Positions 51,267 through 64,000 of a stretch of 64,000 bases of DNA are shown one piece after another. This DNA comes from Marsupella aquatica. Its lineage: Eukaryota > Plantae > Marchantiophyta. Under the pieces are notes generated by a model. It worked only from the letters and a program-made list of their open reading frames with translations. It was not told the DNA's origin and searched no databases. The stretch covers positions 19,224,857 through 19,288,856 of the forward strand of contig OZ316893.1 in assembly GCA_973895155.1 (NCBI GenBank), read 5' to 3'. The position numbers were made by a program, and so were the translations under genes. The number at the start of each line of letters is the position of its first letter. The first letter of the stretch is position 1.

Positions 51267-51846
51267 AATGTTCTTGAGCTACTGTTCGACGACTTCTTCT
51301 GGCCATTGTCCAGTGTTGATCAATATGGAGCAAACTTCATCGGGTACTAGACTTCCAGGCACTACAATCAAGGTGAAGTGAGATGGTGAATCAACCCCGT
51401 TTGCTATTCATCCTTCTTCTTGAAGGAATTTCAAGCTGGGTCATAATTATTTTTGAAGGGTGACTATATCTTGAAGCGCGAGCAAATGAAATGGGGCTGA
51501 AGATTGCATTCACTACGAAATTGAGCAGTCACAGAAGGAGATTATTAAAAAGTAGAATGGCCGGAACTGAGGATCTGGGTCATTGTCTTCACTCTGAGAT
51601 CCATGTATGTGGCATCACCCGTTTGCTAAAGAGGATCACCCTGCCAGTTGAGATCCTGGGTCGAAGCTGGAGACTGTTAGAAAGGTCATAGTGTAAATAT
51701 GAGTACAGTAGTGTCAGTTACTCTCAACAGCTCAAGCTTGCTGGCCTCAAGCCATGTAAAAAATTCATGTGTAACAACAGAATAATTCAATATTTGTGAC
51801 CCATTGGACCGCCTCAAAATTGGTGCATAAAAATCAAACTTGGTGT

Positions 51847-52100
51847 TGTTGGCTGGAATGGAATTCATTCCACAGTGATGCAGAGGTAGAAAGAAGGTCT
51901 GAGACCTCTACTGCAGGCCTATGTATCTTTATACCTGCATGTTAGACGTCACAAATGTACAAAAATCTAACTTGGTCTACCTGTTGGCTGGAATGGAATT
52001 CATTCCACAGTGATGCAGAGGTAGAAAGAAGGTCTGAGACCTCTATTGCAGGCCCATATATCTTTATACCTGCAAGATAGACTTCACTAATGTACAAAAA
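51847..52100. repeat. Tandem duplication, 135-bp period, downstream of REV1
   Basis: tgttggctggaatggaattcattccacagtgatgcagaggtagaaagaaggtctgagacctcta.tgcaggcc at 51847 and 51982. Confidence 0.9.
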
Positions 52101-52929
52101 ACACAACGGAAAGAGCCAAATGTTATGGGTAACCTCTTAGCCATTAGAAGCTCCTGCAAAATGATAAAAATAGACAACTGAGAAGGCCCTACACTGGTGA
52201 GCACACACCACAATCTTAGGTTTTTGCTTCCTGTGCGTACACTCAAACTGGGGGTTTTACTGATGTATTAAAGATATGAAATTCAGTCCTCTTATGCGCA
52301 GCTTAAAGCTCCAATGCCCTAGAGGAGAGAAATGTGACAAAGTGAGAAATATTGGACACTTCTCCCTTTATATGGATAGTGGTCAAGCGGTGGTTTAAAC
52401 CACACTAGCCGACAAAACCAGGATCCACTAGGTTTCACCATAAATAGTACTCTTTTCCTGAGATTGTGGAGCATGAAAATGTGGAGCTATAGGGGTGGGG
52501 AAAAGAAATGAATTTGACAACAACAAAAAAAATCTTGGAGACTTCTTTGTTTATATGTCTAGTGGTAATTTAAGGAAATAATGTCAAATCTCGTTACAAC
52601 CTCTACTCTTAGAAGAGAAATAAACTACAACAAATGCCAAGATCGCCTAAGGGTGCCACTCCCACCAAAAGTTAGGGGTAATTAGATAACGTGGAGATAA
52701 CTACCATTTCTTATGGCACTTAAGTTAGCAAAAGTTAACTAGTCATGAAACCTTCCCACTGGATTTTTCGGCTCACTTTGCTTTGTAGTCTTGAGATCAA
52801 AAATCTTGGCCATATTGACAGAGGGTCAAAACCCTCAAAATCAATTAAGGTCAATTCCGCGGTTACAGCATTCGGTTGTAGCTCTCCCGCCTATCCTCCT
52901 TTGATACCTCTCCACCGTATTGTCATACA

Positions 52930-53512
52930 CACCCAGAGATTGTGGGTTTTGGGCATGCGGTCTTCAGTCTCATTAAATGCTCTTGCCGCCCCCCCCCCCC
53001 CCCCTGACCTTTTCATCCCCCTGTTGACCCAGAGATTGTGGGTTTTGGGCATGCGGCCTTCAGTCCCATTAAATGCTCTTGCCACACCCCCCCCCCCTGA
53101 CCTTTTGATCCCCCTGTTGTCCCAACCGTCCCCCTTGTTGCCCCAGCTGTTAGCCCATCTCCGGGGTCTCTCTTCTGGCTCTTGGACATTAAGGTTAAAC
53201 CAAAGCTGTGGCATTCTAGTAATACTTTGATCATTTGGCAATTTGAGACTTAAGTGCAGTATTACGTCACCCCTACAACGAATATTGGTAAATGGAAATG
53301 TTGTGGCTCGACCATTCCTTGATGGGAGTCGGATTTGGACCCAAAAGCTCAGATTTGTACCAATTATTCTATCCGTGACTAGCCAACAAAAAAGAGATTC
53401 TCTAGGTATGGTAGTGTGCGAGCCCAATGCCCTCGGACAGCCAATCAAAAGAGAGGTTCTCTAGGTATTGGTAGTGTGCAAGCCCAATGCCTCGGACAGC
53501 CAACCAAAAAAG
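52930..53512. repeat. Two local tandem duplications (~97-bp unit with poly-C; ~59-bp unit)
   Basis: acccagagattgtgggttttgggcatgcgg...aaatgctcttgcc..(C)n tgacctttt at ~52931 and ~53027. ttctctaggtat.ggtagtgtgc.agcccaatgcc.tcggacagccaa at ~53398 and ~53457. Confidence 0.85.
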
Positions 53513-55847
53513 GTCCCAAGTATTTCAATGAAGAGCCCAATCAAGTGTGGCAAAGAAATACAGATGAGCCCAGTCTTCAAGTGAGACAAAGAAGTACAGA
53601 TGAGATAGGAAATATCTTGTCCGGAGACTCCAAGGCACCCAAGCGGGGAGCCCAAAGGTCCTGGTCAAGCTGCATTTTAATCCAATACACGTCTGAAAAA
53701 ATATATATCTTTCTCTATTAGTAGTGCCGAGTACTTTGTCATTAAATAAGGAAAATTTTCTTTTAAGTCCATACTAAACTTTTGGATATGGTTAAGCTTG
53801 TTTGGTATTGCCCAACAGAATATGAAGACTTTCAGGGTTTGGTGTTCAGGGTGGAGGGTTTAGGGTTTCAAGGTTTTGCTAGTCAAGGAATTACTACAGT
53901 AGTACCACCTCAGTTTGAAGATTTCGGTAAAAGCTGCTTCATGTGTGCACATCCAAGTCTCTCAGCAACAGTCCAGGATGGCCCCTAGTAAACATAAATC
54001 GAGGCAGAATATAGGAAACAGTCTGGGGAGTGCATACTGCCTCATAACCTCATAATGGGTAAACGGACATTTCCAGTCACAAGACACGGTAAAATCTTCC
54101 ACTTTTCAGTCCCGCAATGGCTGCAAGACCTGTAACTCTCGTACCATACCATAGCCAGACAATAAGATGTAACTTCGCCTCTCATATCGAGTGATGCTTT
54201 GTAAAAGAAGTACAGAGGTTGGGGACCATAAATCCACCGTACAACACCGTTCAGCATTCAATCTCGCGTCAGGATTGTCACAAACTTAGCACGAGGCTAA
54301 TGAACCTCGGCATCGGTTGCAACCAGTGATATCCGAAAATTGCATTCGAGTAGTGCCACCGTTGAGAAATATAAGAAGACCTCAGCTCCAGGACGAATCA
54401 ATGATCTGTCATGAAAATGTCTTAGTCAAGCCTCACTGATAACCCAGTTCTCAAGATATGATCGTGTCAATAAGCATTCGAACTTGGATTCTGAACAGTC
54501 CCTCCAACAAAGATTCTACAGGACTCTTCACGTCTTGGAAAGCTCTCGCATCTCTGCAGTCATGCTATTAACCAGTGATGAAGACCTCGAAGATACCACC
54601 CCGAATCAGAAGCAAACCCCGAAGAGCATTGGACCACCTTACATGAAGGCCGTTTAAAAGTGTGAGCATAGGAAGATCTGCTATACTCATTAGTTGAAGA
54701 GCATCTGTAACATTCAAAGCAAGTAGACAAATTCCCTATACTTTCTTTGAGTACAGTAAACATCCTCAAAGAATTTCTTCTCAATCCGTTAGCCGTTAGA
54801 ACTTCATCTTCTTGATTCTAAAGACATCCACATCCCCACCTCAGCGAAAAGATAACAAAAAAACCTTGTCCACTCCAACAATTTCTAGATCAAGAAACAG
54901 TCCATTTTGAGAACAGATAGCACCTCTGTTTACGTTGTCAACAAGGAGGACAAGCAATGGTCTCCGGAAAGCACTAATAACAAGAAAGAAATCGTTCAGA
55001 AACGTTCAAACGAGTCCGAAACTTAAAAGCGATATCAAATAAGCCAAATGGAGATTTAACTGCACAACTTTTTCCGGAATCCACCTTAAAAACATATCTA
55101 CCCTGATGTGGAGGGAAACCGACCACATGAAAGAGTCATCAAACCCAAATCACAAAGATGAAATAGTTGCCTTACACTTCAAACAGGAGTAGCCTGACCA
55201 GATATCCAAACATATCTTGCCAGTATACAAACAAATCAAAAGTGAGGACAGGAATTCCCATGGAGTAAACCCGTGCATTTACCATGAAGCTGAAGCTGAC
55301 TCTCAATCAGGATATCAGTGGGACACCCATTTAATGCAATCATAGAATTCCATTTCTGGAGGACTTGTACATACTTACAAGATACGGTGACAAAATCTGC
55401 CAAGAATACGCGCTATCAATCCACGTTTCCAACGCAAATCCAAGACTGATCTATTCTTTATTTCCTCAACATGACCTCACCACCAACTCGAAGGGATGGC
55501 CATTCCTCTCTTTTGAATCAAAAGTTCCACTTTAATGGATATTTTCCCTTTAATTTCTAATCTACACGTCAAAAGCGTGACAAATATTTATACCCAAACA
55601 AACTTGCCCATTCAAGCAGCACACTCCCTGCGAGGAGATGTTTCACAGTTGAAAACTGGGCGGAAGAATGGATATATACACAAGCTCCTAAAATTCCGTT
55701 CACTTTCTAGTTGTACATGAGCGATGCAGGATAACGAGGCTACTACACAGGGCAAAAGAATGCTAAAGCACCTGCTGAGATAGCCCTCAACTTATTGTGA
55801 CCACCGTGAACAAATGGAAGTATGCTGCTTCAACAAGATATACTGCT

Positions 55848-58306
55848 TCACGCCGCCATGACTATGATAATGATCAGCAGTAGTACTGCGAATATCACGA
55901 GCAACAAGCAACTCTGAAACACAGCCACATTAAAATAGAGATTAATCAACAGAGACATTTGTATGCTCGCTGCGATTCCTCTGATACAACTTTGGAGCCT
56001 GATCTGCCAAAAATTTCTGGTCTTTCTCAGTTTCAGAAAGCGAAATTACGCCATGTCAAATTATAAAAACTTGCAAGCAGAAGACGCACACAACCTCCCC
56101 GACTGTTAACTACACCTGGAAGCAATTGTACTTGTAAGTTCACGCACCATGGTGTTGTTTGACTTCTGGGATGTCACTGCCTTCCCAAGTTGGCGATTTG
56201 CTTGGGTTGTTGCAGCATACGAGTTCTCTATATTGGACTCAATGTCATCTGCAATAACCAGTGCCATGTTAAATCTAAGAAGGGATTCAGAAATCATTGG
56301 ATCATCTTGAACACAATCACAACAATCTTCAATCTCAACAGGACACATCACTATTCTATCAACCTGACGACTAGCAGGTGGAGGTGTGGCGACATGGCAA
56401 GAGATCCGACAATGTACCTATCATAACCCCTTGCTCGTTTACCAACACAGCGAGATCTTTGAAAATCTCATTCACCTCCCCAATTTGCTGCTGGATTTCC
56501 CGAATCCCTTGTTCCCGCTCTTCAATTACAGCCTCATTGAAAACTACTTCATTATCAAGTTGAAGGATATCCTGCCTGCATTAGGTTAGGAAATGCAATT
56601 CAGCTTCAGGTATTAATTTGTGACTCATAAGCAAAGGTCGTCCTTCACCAGTCTTCCAATCATATGACTATGGAAGCGCAGCGTACATACAAGCAGCTCT
56701 GTGGCAACTAGGTTACCTTCTTTGCTCAAGCAGCAAAAGCCGAGACTCCTGGCTTTCTTCGGATTGAAGTTTGAGTTCGTTCGCAAAAGGCCTGCAATGT
56801 TTTAAAACGAGACTCATCATTATTCAACTCAAAGAATGGTGAGTTAGCCAAAGAGTGGCTAAGTAAACTTACCAGAAACTAAAATAAAGATTGGTTATTA
56901 GATTAAGTGTCCATGTGAATCATTATCTAAACAGTAAAGTTCCTTGAACTCATGTCGCCACAGCTAATGTTCCAAGGCCAAGCAGAAGGGCCTTTTCATC
57001 CAAAACTATGCAGTCCACGCTCACAGCTAACTTTTGTCTTCTATAGTATGATCAATGATTAACGCATAGTCGTGAGCATTTGAACCGCTTTAGTCCTGAA
57101 AAGATCAGAACACAGCTCGCTAGATGTGTGTGTTTACCAATAAAAGCCTAAGCCAGGTGATCACACTTCGCCATACATCGAACCAGTATGTCTAAGATTC
57201 CCAGCCAACAAAGCAAAATAAGGAGCAAGAAACCATACCCTTGTGGTTGCACTGCTGCAGGGACGAAAGGAGAATAAGCACTCTCACGCTCGACAGCGAT
57301 TTTCTGGGTTTTCTGGAATTCTTTCAGGACTGTTTGAAAGTCCTTAGCAAGTTTTGCATCTCCAACCTTTTTGCTGGCCTGCACGACATATGACAACAAT
57401 TACACAAGACGACTCAGGATCGAGAAAAAAAATGTTAGCCACTGACATTCCCTGAAGAATGGCATCTCTCCGCCACAGCCGCATCCAAGGCAGAGCTCAA
57501 GTGAGGGGAGACGCCCCGAAAACGCTACCCAACCCCACAAGCAAACGGACTGAATGGAAATTCAGACGATTTAAAGCATCCGTGACTCTCCCAGCCCTCG
57601 CATTTGGACACTTCTTAAAAACTACATGGAAATGCAATCCATTTCATAGTGGCCACGTCGTACCAATCCTGCTCGTCACACTCCCACAACTATAAAATGT
57701 AACCCTAGATTCCAAGCACCCTCTTGCGATCCTCATTCGATTCACTCTGCCACTTATACTCCCAGTGGAAGTAAAACCTGTCGACGAGAATTCAAATAAG
57801 CCTCTCGGCCTGCTCAAGTAACTTACGGTCACGTCTGTATATTGGTCAACTTCACTTGCAGACTTTAACCTCGCGCCTGTGTCTTTCGCCAATTGCCCGA
57901 TATGTTGCCGGGTTTTGTGCCTGACAGAAGATAATTATGAGACATGAGGGACTGCAAACGAGAGGGGTAGAGTGTGTGGAGAAAAACAGGCATTCATAGA
58001 ATGGAGGATTCTGATACATGAGATGAGGCTTCACCATTAGAATGGAAAACAGCACACGGTGAGATGAGCTCCCCCAGCAAGCAAGCAAGACGAAAAAGAC
58101 GAGGCTACGATTAACACTTACAACTTCTCTCTGAGCTCCGGCGTATCCTTCGGTGTGCCGAGAGTGTTCACGAGCCGCTTGAATGTAGAAACGGCAGTGT
58201 TGATTTGGAAAACTCCGGCAGCCAAGGCTTGCGACGGATCTGTCTGCTTCGTAATCCCGCGCCTGCTGGGAGGATGCCCACCGGCCTCGAGATCTAAGAA
58301 GCTCAT
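55848..58306 (-). CDS. SYP22: Syntaxin of plants SYP2 group (SYP22-like Qa-SNARE), multi-exon
   Basis: [49 protein letters not shown]; [26 protein letters not shown]; [39 protein letters not shown]; [10 protein letters not shown]; C-terminal [23 protein letters not shown] (stop 55848-55850). Confidence 0.92.
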
Positions 58307-61194
58307 TTCTTTCCCCTATTGTCACGGAATGTCAAAAAATCCACCCTAAACAAATCCCTCCACACATGCACTGCAGCGTTCTTCACCTAGCCAGTCAAGC
58401 AAGCTTGCGCAGCGAGCCCCACTCACTGTAATCAAAATCCCTCTCCAGGAACCCTGCACCACGCTCCGCAACCCACGCACGCGAGAGAAGCTCTCGCCGA
58501 AAGAGAATCGAAGTTCAGGAGACGGGAAGGAAATGACCCCTCAAAACCTCCACACACACACACACACAAACCCACAGAGCTCTGCAATCCTTCCACAATC
58601 TCACGAGAAAAACGGCTTCCTATGACGAGATTGTGGAGGGAACCAAGCCCCACTTCTCGGGTTCAGATGGAGTGTCGAGACGGGGATGGGAAGGAGTGAT
58701 GAATGAAGGAAGGAAAGAGCTTCGGGAGGCACGAAAGCCTCGAGGACGACAGACAAACTCAACCACGACGAACAAAGGAACGGAAGATGCAACACGGACG
58801 GATGCTCCCGCGACCACAACGACGAGACGACGCGGGCCCGGCAGTACAGTCCCGTAAGCTCTCGACGGATCCAAGGACGGACTGACGGACGGAACGGGTC
58901 GTGATACACCGACCTCTCATATCAACGGCCGTGTCGGCCGTAAGCCCGCCCATCGGACGACCCCCCGTCTCCGACAGGCCACTAGGCTCTTCCCCAGTTC
59001 CACCGCCGTGAACCTCATGGGCAGCGGGGGAGTTGATTGACCCAGTTATTAAAGTGTACCCCGTCTGCCCTCTCTTCTCACGAAGAACAAAAAACCGGCA
59101 GGTTCCGAAGCACGTCGGCCTGACGACTGCTCTGTGCCGGTCGCTGGCCAGCCGTCGCGTCCAGGCATCGACGGGTGGCCGATCCCGCCTGTTCCGCCTT
59201 TTATTTTATTACTACCGGGTTTCCCGGTCACTTGGGTCCATTCCGCTTCGCTGGTGTTTCGCCCAAGCATTGACCCCGGTTCTTACTTTTTGTCTTCCCT
59301 GACCCCTCCTCATCAAAGAGTCAAGACGATGACGTGTAGATGACTTCGGCGCGACACAACTGCAGTGCCTTTTCTTCGGGCTGTTGGCCGAAACTCACGG
59401 ACCCCGGGAAAAGTCCACAACTTTGAAAATCCCTACCGGGAAATCATCACGGCGAACCATATTGTTGATTCTGCTTTCCCGACATAAAAATTATCGAATA
59501 TTAGAATGTACTGATAGCGATCCGCTCTGTCATTGACGGCGGGTGAATTATTAGAAACACTCTATAGCTTGAGTACACTTTGAGCCAAAGTAGAGTTGAG
59601 GACAAAAAAGGACTTGACTCTTGGTTTTGGCTCTGGTAATGGTCATGCACTCAATCCTCTTGGTTTTGGCTCCGGTAATGATCATGACGGTTTTCCCGGA
59701 ACTAAAGTGGAGGACTCGCATAAACTAGGGAGTCTCAATCCTTGGAGTTGCGGGAAAAAAATGAGACCCCAAACTATCAGTTTTGGTCACCGCTCAGTAG
59801 TGTGTGGACACGGATTCTCATGTCCGTCACTTTTTCCCCAGGAATCCTTCGCTGACCGCAACCGGAAGCAGCAACGCAATGTTTGAGACGCCCAGAAACA
59901 ACTTGGGACAGACATCCCAAACTAATACTTATGGGCCAGGATTTTTTCATGGGCCTTCAGGTTTGAGAATCCTTATTGTTGACTGTTCATGTTCAAATGT
60001 TTTACCAATGACTTGCCCCCAACCCCTATTTTGACTTGCACCTTTGCCTTCAGTTCTATGCCCGTTGCCTTCATTTCTATGCCCGCAGAACGGCCGAGGC
60101 AGTAGGATTCAGCGCTCCCTCCTGTATGTGCAATTTACTCCAAAGTTCTACTAGGCTTTTTAGTTTCGCTATCTGTAGGGCTTTTGTTCTCTGGAGTTGT
60201 TGGAGGGACTCATGGGCTTTTTGGCTCTTTGGTTTGCCTGGGTTTCCTGTTGTTTTCTCCCCTTTATTGGGTCTCCTGCATGTGGGATCCTCTCTCCCTC
60301 TATGACACTTTTTGTTGTTAAGCAGTTCAATCTATAGAACCACGTTGCATCTAAAATTGGAAATATAATTGCTATATTATCTGGCAAATCACATGTAACC
60401 TGCTAAGGAGATTTTTTGTTTACCATCTATATCAGATTATTTCTAATTTCTAAGGGAGTTTTTTTATATGTTTATCCATTTGGATGGTGACCCCGTTATA
60501 CCTTCTAATTTTGTATTTCTTCCAATTTGAAAATGACACCTTTTATGTTTTTTTTTTTTTGTTCTTTTGTCTGTTTGAAAGTGGTTCGAGAGGACCACAT
60601 ATCTTCCTCAACAAAAAGGATTCTTTGCACGCCCAGTTCACGGAACCTTCTAAACCAATGCACTCCACCCCAATCCTATCAATCTTGAAATTAATAGACA
60701 AAAAGGTTTTTATTCAATCATGAATGTCACCTTGGATGTCGTCCCCACCAACTAAATCAATTATTATCTCATGCCTCCCTTTGGGAAATTTGTATTTTAC
60801 CTGCACATCATTACTATAGACTAACCTGCCTAACCTTCTAAGTTTCATGGAAGTTTCTGCTGAAGGCCAATCTTGAGGCTCATTGATGAGCCTCGCATAT
60901 GTACCTGCCAATGTATGCTGCCCATCGTGTCGTGTCTGAATTTTTTCTAGGTGTAAATAAGTTGAACCCCACCTTTGAGTGGAAGGACTCTTAAAAGAGA
61001 ATTCAGCCAACAGGTTTTAAACCTTGGACCTGCCACCTGGACCTGGATCATCTAATAACTAAGTTGACTCATAGTTGTATCTACAACTATAATAAGGGAT
61101 CCTGCCATTTTGTCCTTCGTCCCAATACAAAAAACCTCCTGGGCGGGAAAGATCCACAGCCGTTGGATTCGATTGATTACTTTCCCTGACCATT

Positions 61195-64000
61195 GATGGA
61201 GGAAATGTGCACCCCTGACACATATGTGCTTCCCGCTGCCCCATAAATGCCCCGGCTCGAATCCAAGTGGGATGGCCCTCCTTGCGCCATGCAACGCAGC
61301 TGCGGAGCAGACCCAGCCTGGATGCGGACATGAGGGAAATGCAGGAACCTGAGAAGGTATCAACAGAATGCATTCGGATATTAAAGAATCTGGCTGACAT
61401 CTCGATTGGAGACTGGCATGAGAAACTCTATACCACCATTGAATGGAGCATGGAGGAAGGTGCGAGCAATTTTAGGCAGCTGTATAATGGTGCAATCCTG
61501 TGTTATTTCACGGACAGGCCACCACTCTTACCTGTTTTCAAAGAATGGATAGAGGAGATTATGGTAGGCGAGATGGGCTGGCCCATTGTTCAAGTGAAGT
61601 ATGTTGGGAAGAGCTTCTACATGGTGGTGTTTGAGCACTCGGACGACAGGGATGCGGCACTAGCACTGGCCCTGTGTTTCATGGAGAGAAAATTCGTTTA
61701 TACCTTTGCATGGGACCCTTCCTTTGATGTCAAGAATGAGCATTTTACGAAGCTCCCGGTGTAGATTGAGATCCCTTTTCGGGCTCTGGTGCTGGAGGGC
61801 TGTAGGAGGAAGATAGCAGAAGCATTCAGTACTCTATTGTACTACATCCAAGGGGACCAATTCAGCTCCTATCCGCATGACAAAGCATGCATTCTATGGG
61901 AGACGGAACTAGAGGTACCTGCAAGTGCTAGGATCAGGCTGAGAGATGACATTATCATTTGGCATCCAATCACTTTTAGAAATATCCCCTATCACTGTTT
62001 TAGATGCAACATAAAAGGACATGTGGCCAGAGATTGAGAAGTGGATATCAGGAAGCAGAGGCAGAAGTAGTTGAAGCAGCTAATCATGATAAGAATGATT
62101 TTCAAGAGCAGGAGCAGAACGCAGTGACTCAAAAGAGAACAAAATGGAGAAAGCTTTGGATACAGTTGAGGCCCTTGGTGAGAGCGAGGACTTGATGCGA
62201 ATTGGAGTGGAGGAGGCTATAACACTGGTGGAAGATAGAATTCTCCTGGCTACGGAGTTGTGAGCTGGGGAAACAAAGGGAATAGAAGGGGCGGATGGGG
62301 AAACAGTGAGAAACAAGGCAGATGGAGCTCTGCTCCAGGCGGGGAGAGGATGCCAATGTTGGCATAGGCGATACCTATGGATACTGAACAAGGGAATAGA
62401 AAAGGATCCAGACAAAGATTCAATATGAGCATGGAAGGGGTTGCGGGGGATTCAGGAGGGTCTATGGAAACAGGAGATAGAGGACAGACAGTGACTAGTA
62501 CCCACAAGCTTCCAAGCAAACTGGTTAGAGTGGAAGATCAGTACTCATTCCATGCAGACACGGATATGGAGCTCTCTGAATATGAGGAATACATTTCTCT
62601 TAAGCCAGATGAAGTCTAGGGCTCGGAAATAGGAGTTGCAAACCCCAACTGAGCACAGACTAGCGAGAGACAAGTTGGAGGGGAAGAATCAAAGATCTCT
62701 TAGTTTCTCATTGGAACTTGGGTTGGATGCTGGGGAGGCGCAACAAGGAGCCACTGGGAATACAGGAGGACCAAAGACTGATCCGAATACGCGAGACAGG
62801 CCAGGGGTACTTACTATGAGGGAGGTGGCTAGCACACCTAGTGCATAGGGAAGAAGGGAGACTGAACTAGGACGCACACCACCAGCATTTCTGGGGGCTT
62901 CTACTCATGCAGGAGGGCATGGGATGACCCCTGGGAGTCGACCACGAATCTAAATCTATTGGTAGGGGACGTCTTGGGCTGTTGCAAGCTTGATGGAGGC
63001 AACCCTGAGAGTAGCCTCCTGGAATGTATACAGTGGGCTAGGGGAGCCTAACAGAAAACATGTTGTTAAGAACTAGGTTATGTCATTGAAGGATTAGTTG
63101 AGAGTTTTGGCCCTACAGGAAGTTAAGTCGGATCAATTCCATTTAGATATTGCAATGCGAGTGATCCTTCCATTATATCAACTTTTTTTTTCCGCACCAG
63201 ATGAAGGTAGAGGAGGAGCTGCCTTGCTTCTGCATCCCTCATTTAAGGTGAGGGATACGGGAAGCCTTGAGAGAGGGGGGTTGTATGGGTAAGAATCGAG
63301 CACAACAGTGGAGTGACAAGAATTGCAAGTGCCTATGCCCATAATTGCCCTAGACAGAGGGCGTGACTGTGGCATGACCTCAAAGTGGAGCTGCCGTAGG
63401 CACACTGGATACTATGTGGGGACTTCAATATGACAGAGATTTGACAAGATTCCTCAGGGGGGTCATCTCTTATTAGAGGACGGGAGGATGAGTTTTGGCG
63501 CTTTCTACAGATTAATTTGGATCTAATAAATGTTACAACATGGGAAGTAATATAGTGGGTTCCAGATTTATCTGACGAAGGATGAGAAGGGGAGTGATGA
63601 CACAATCTAGATTGGACCGATTCTACTTGAGCCACAAGGGAGAGTCGCTGGCAAGAGTGGTGGAACTGACACATGACAAGGGAACGACGCTTTCAGATCA
63701 TGACCCGATCATAGGTGTAGTCAACCTGCTGGAGGACAAAGATCCGAAGAGAGGCAAGACCCGGTTGTTCAAGGCAAACCCGGCCCTATTAAGAGACCAG
63801 TGGAACATTGAGTTATTGGAGGAGGCATGGAAGGCGGGAGGAGAGGGCAAGAGCAATATTCATCGCAAGTTTGCAAAAGAGTGGCGACAGATAAGATGGA
63901 AGTACATTGAGATTCAAAACACACCAAGACAGAGGGCGACTGAGATGGAATTCATGAGGGATGAAGTAAGAGCACTCAAGACTACTATTTAAGAGGAACA
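61195..64000 (+). mobile_element. Decayed L1-clade LINE (ORF1 with CCHC knuckle; ORF2 APE endonuclease), runs off window end
   Basis: ORF1 fragments (VKYVGKSFYMVVFE..DRDAAL, LPV*IEIP, CFRCNIKGHVARD). ORF2 from ATG 62993: LRVASWNV, VLALQEVK, GDFN, SRLDRFYLS, SDHDPI. Many in-frame stops and frameshifts. Confidence 0.9.

Noticed and set aside
52745-53448. 161-aa and 185-aa ORFs on opposite strands
   Set aside because: They arise from local tandem duplications and poly-C runs; no domain evidence.

Overview
Eukaryotic, intron-rich land-plant nuclear DNA. A non-seed plant/bryophyte is plausible from gene and TE content but is only an inference. Host genes recognised by manual splicing and translation: the 5' exon of the plastid ACCase carboxyltransferase alpha subunit (CAC3/accA, minus, runs off the window start), RUS6-like DUF647 (minus), an intronless orphan secreted protein (minus), MCCA (plus), an mTERF (minus) head-to-head with REV1 (plus), and a SYP2-type syntaxin (minus). 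A TE-rich block at about 18-29 kb holds a diverged ~1-kb inverted repeat and an 8x186-bp tandem array. The array directly abuts a degenerate CRE-like non-LTR retrotransposon (RT plus restriction-like endonuclease). That element is interrupted by a solo LTR (5-bp TSD) and a MITE (8-9-bp TSD), and removing them restores its endonuclease region. A decayed L1-type LINE fills the last 3 kb. The most interesting signals are the 186-bp array plus CRE-like element, the orphan secreted glycoprotein, a triplicated start-codon cassette making two uORFs on the mTERF, and a duplicated 'poison' splice acceptor in MCCA. All calls come from reading the sequence; no database searches were run.
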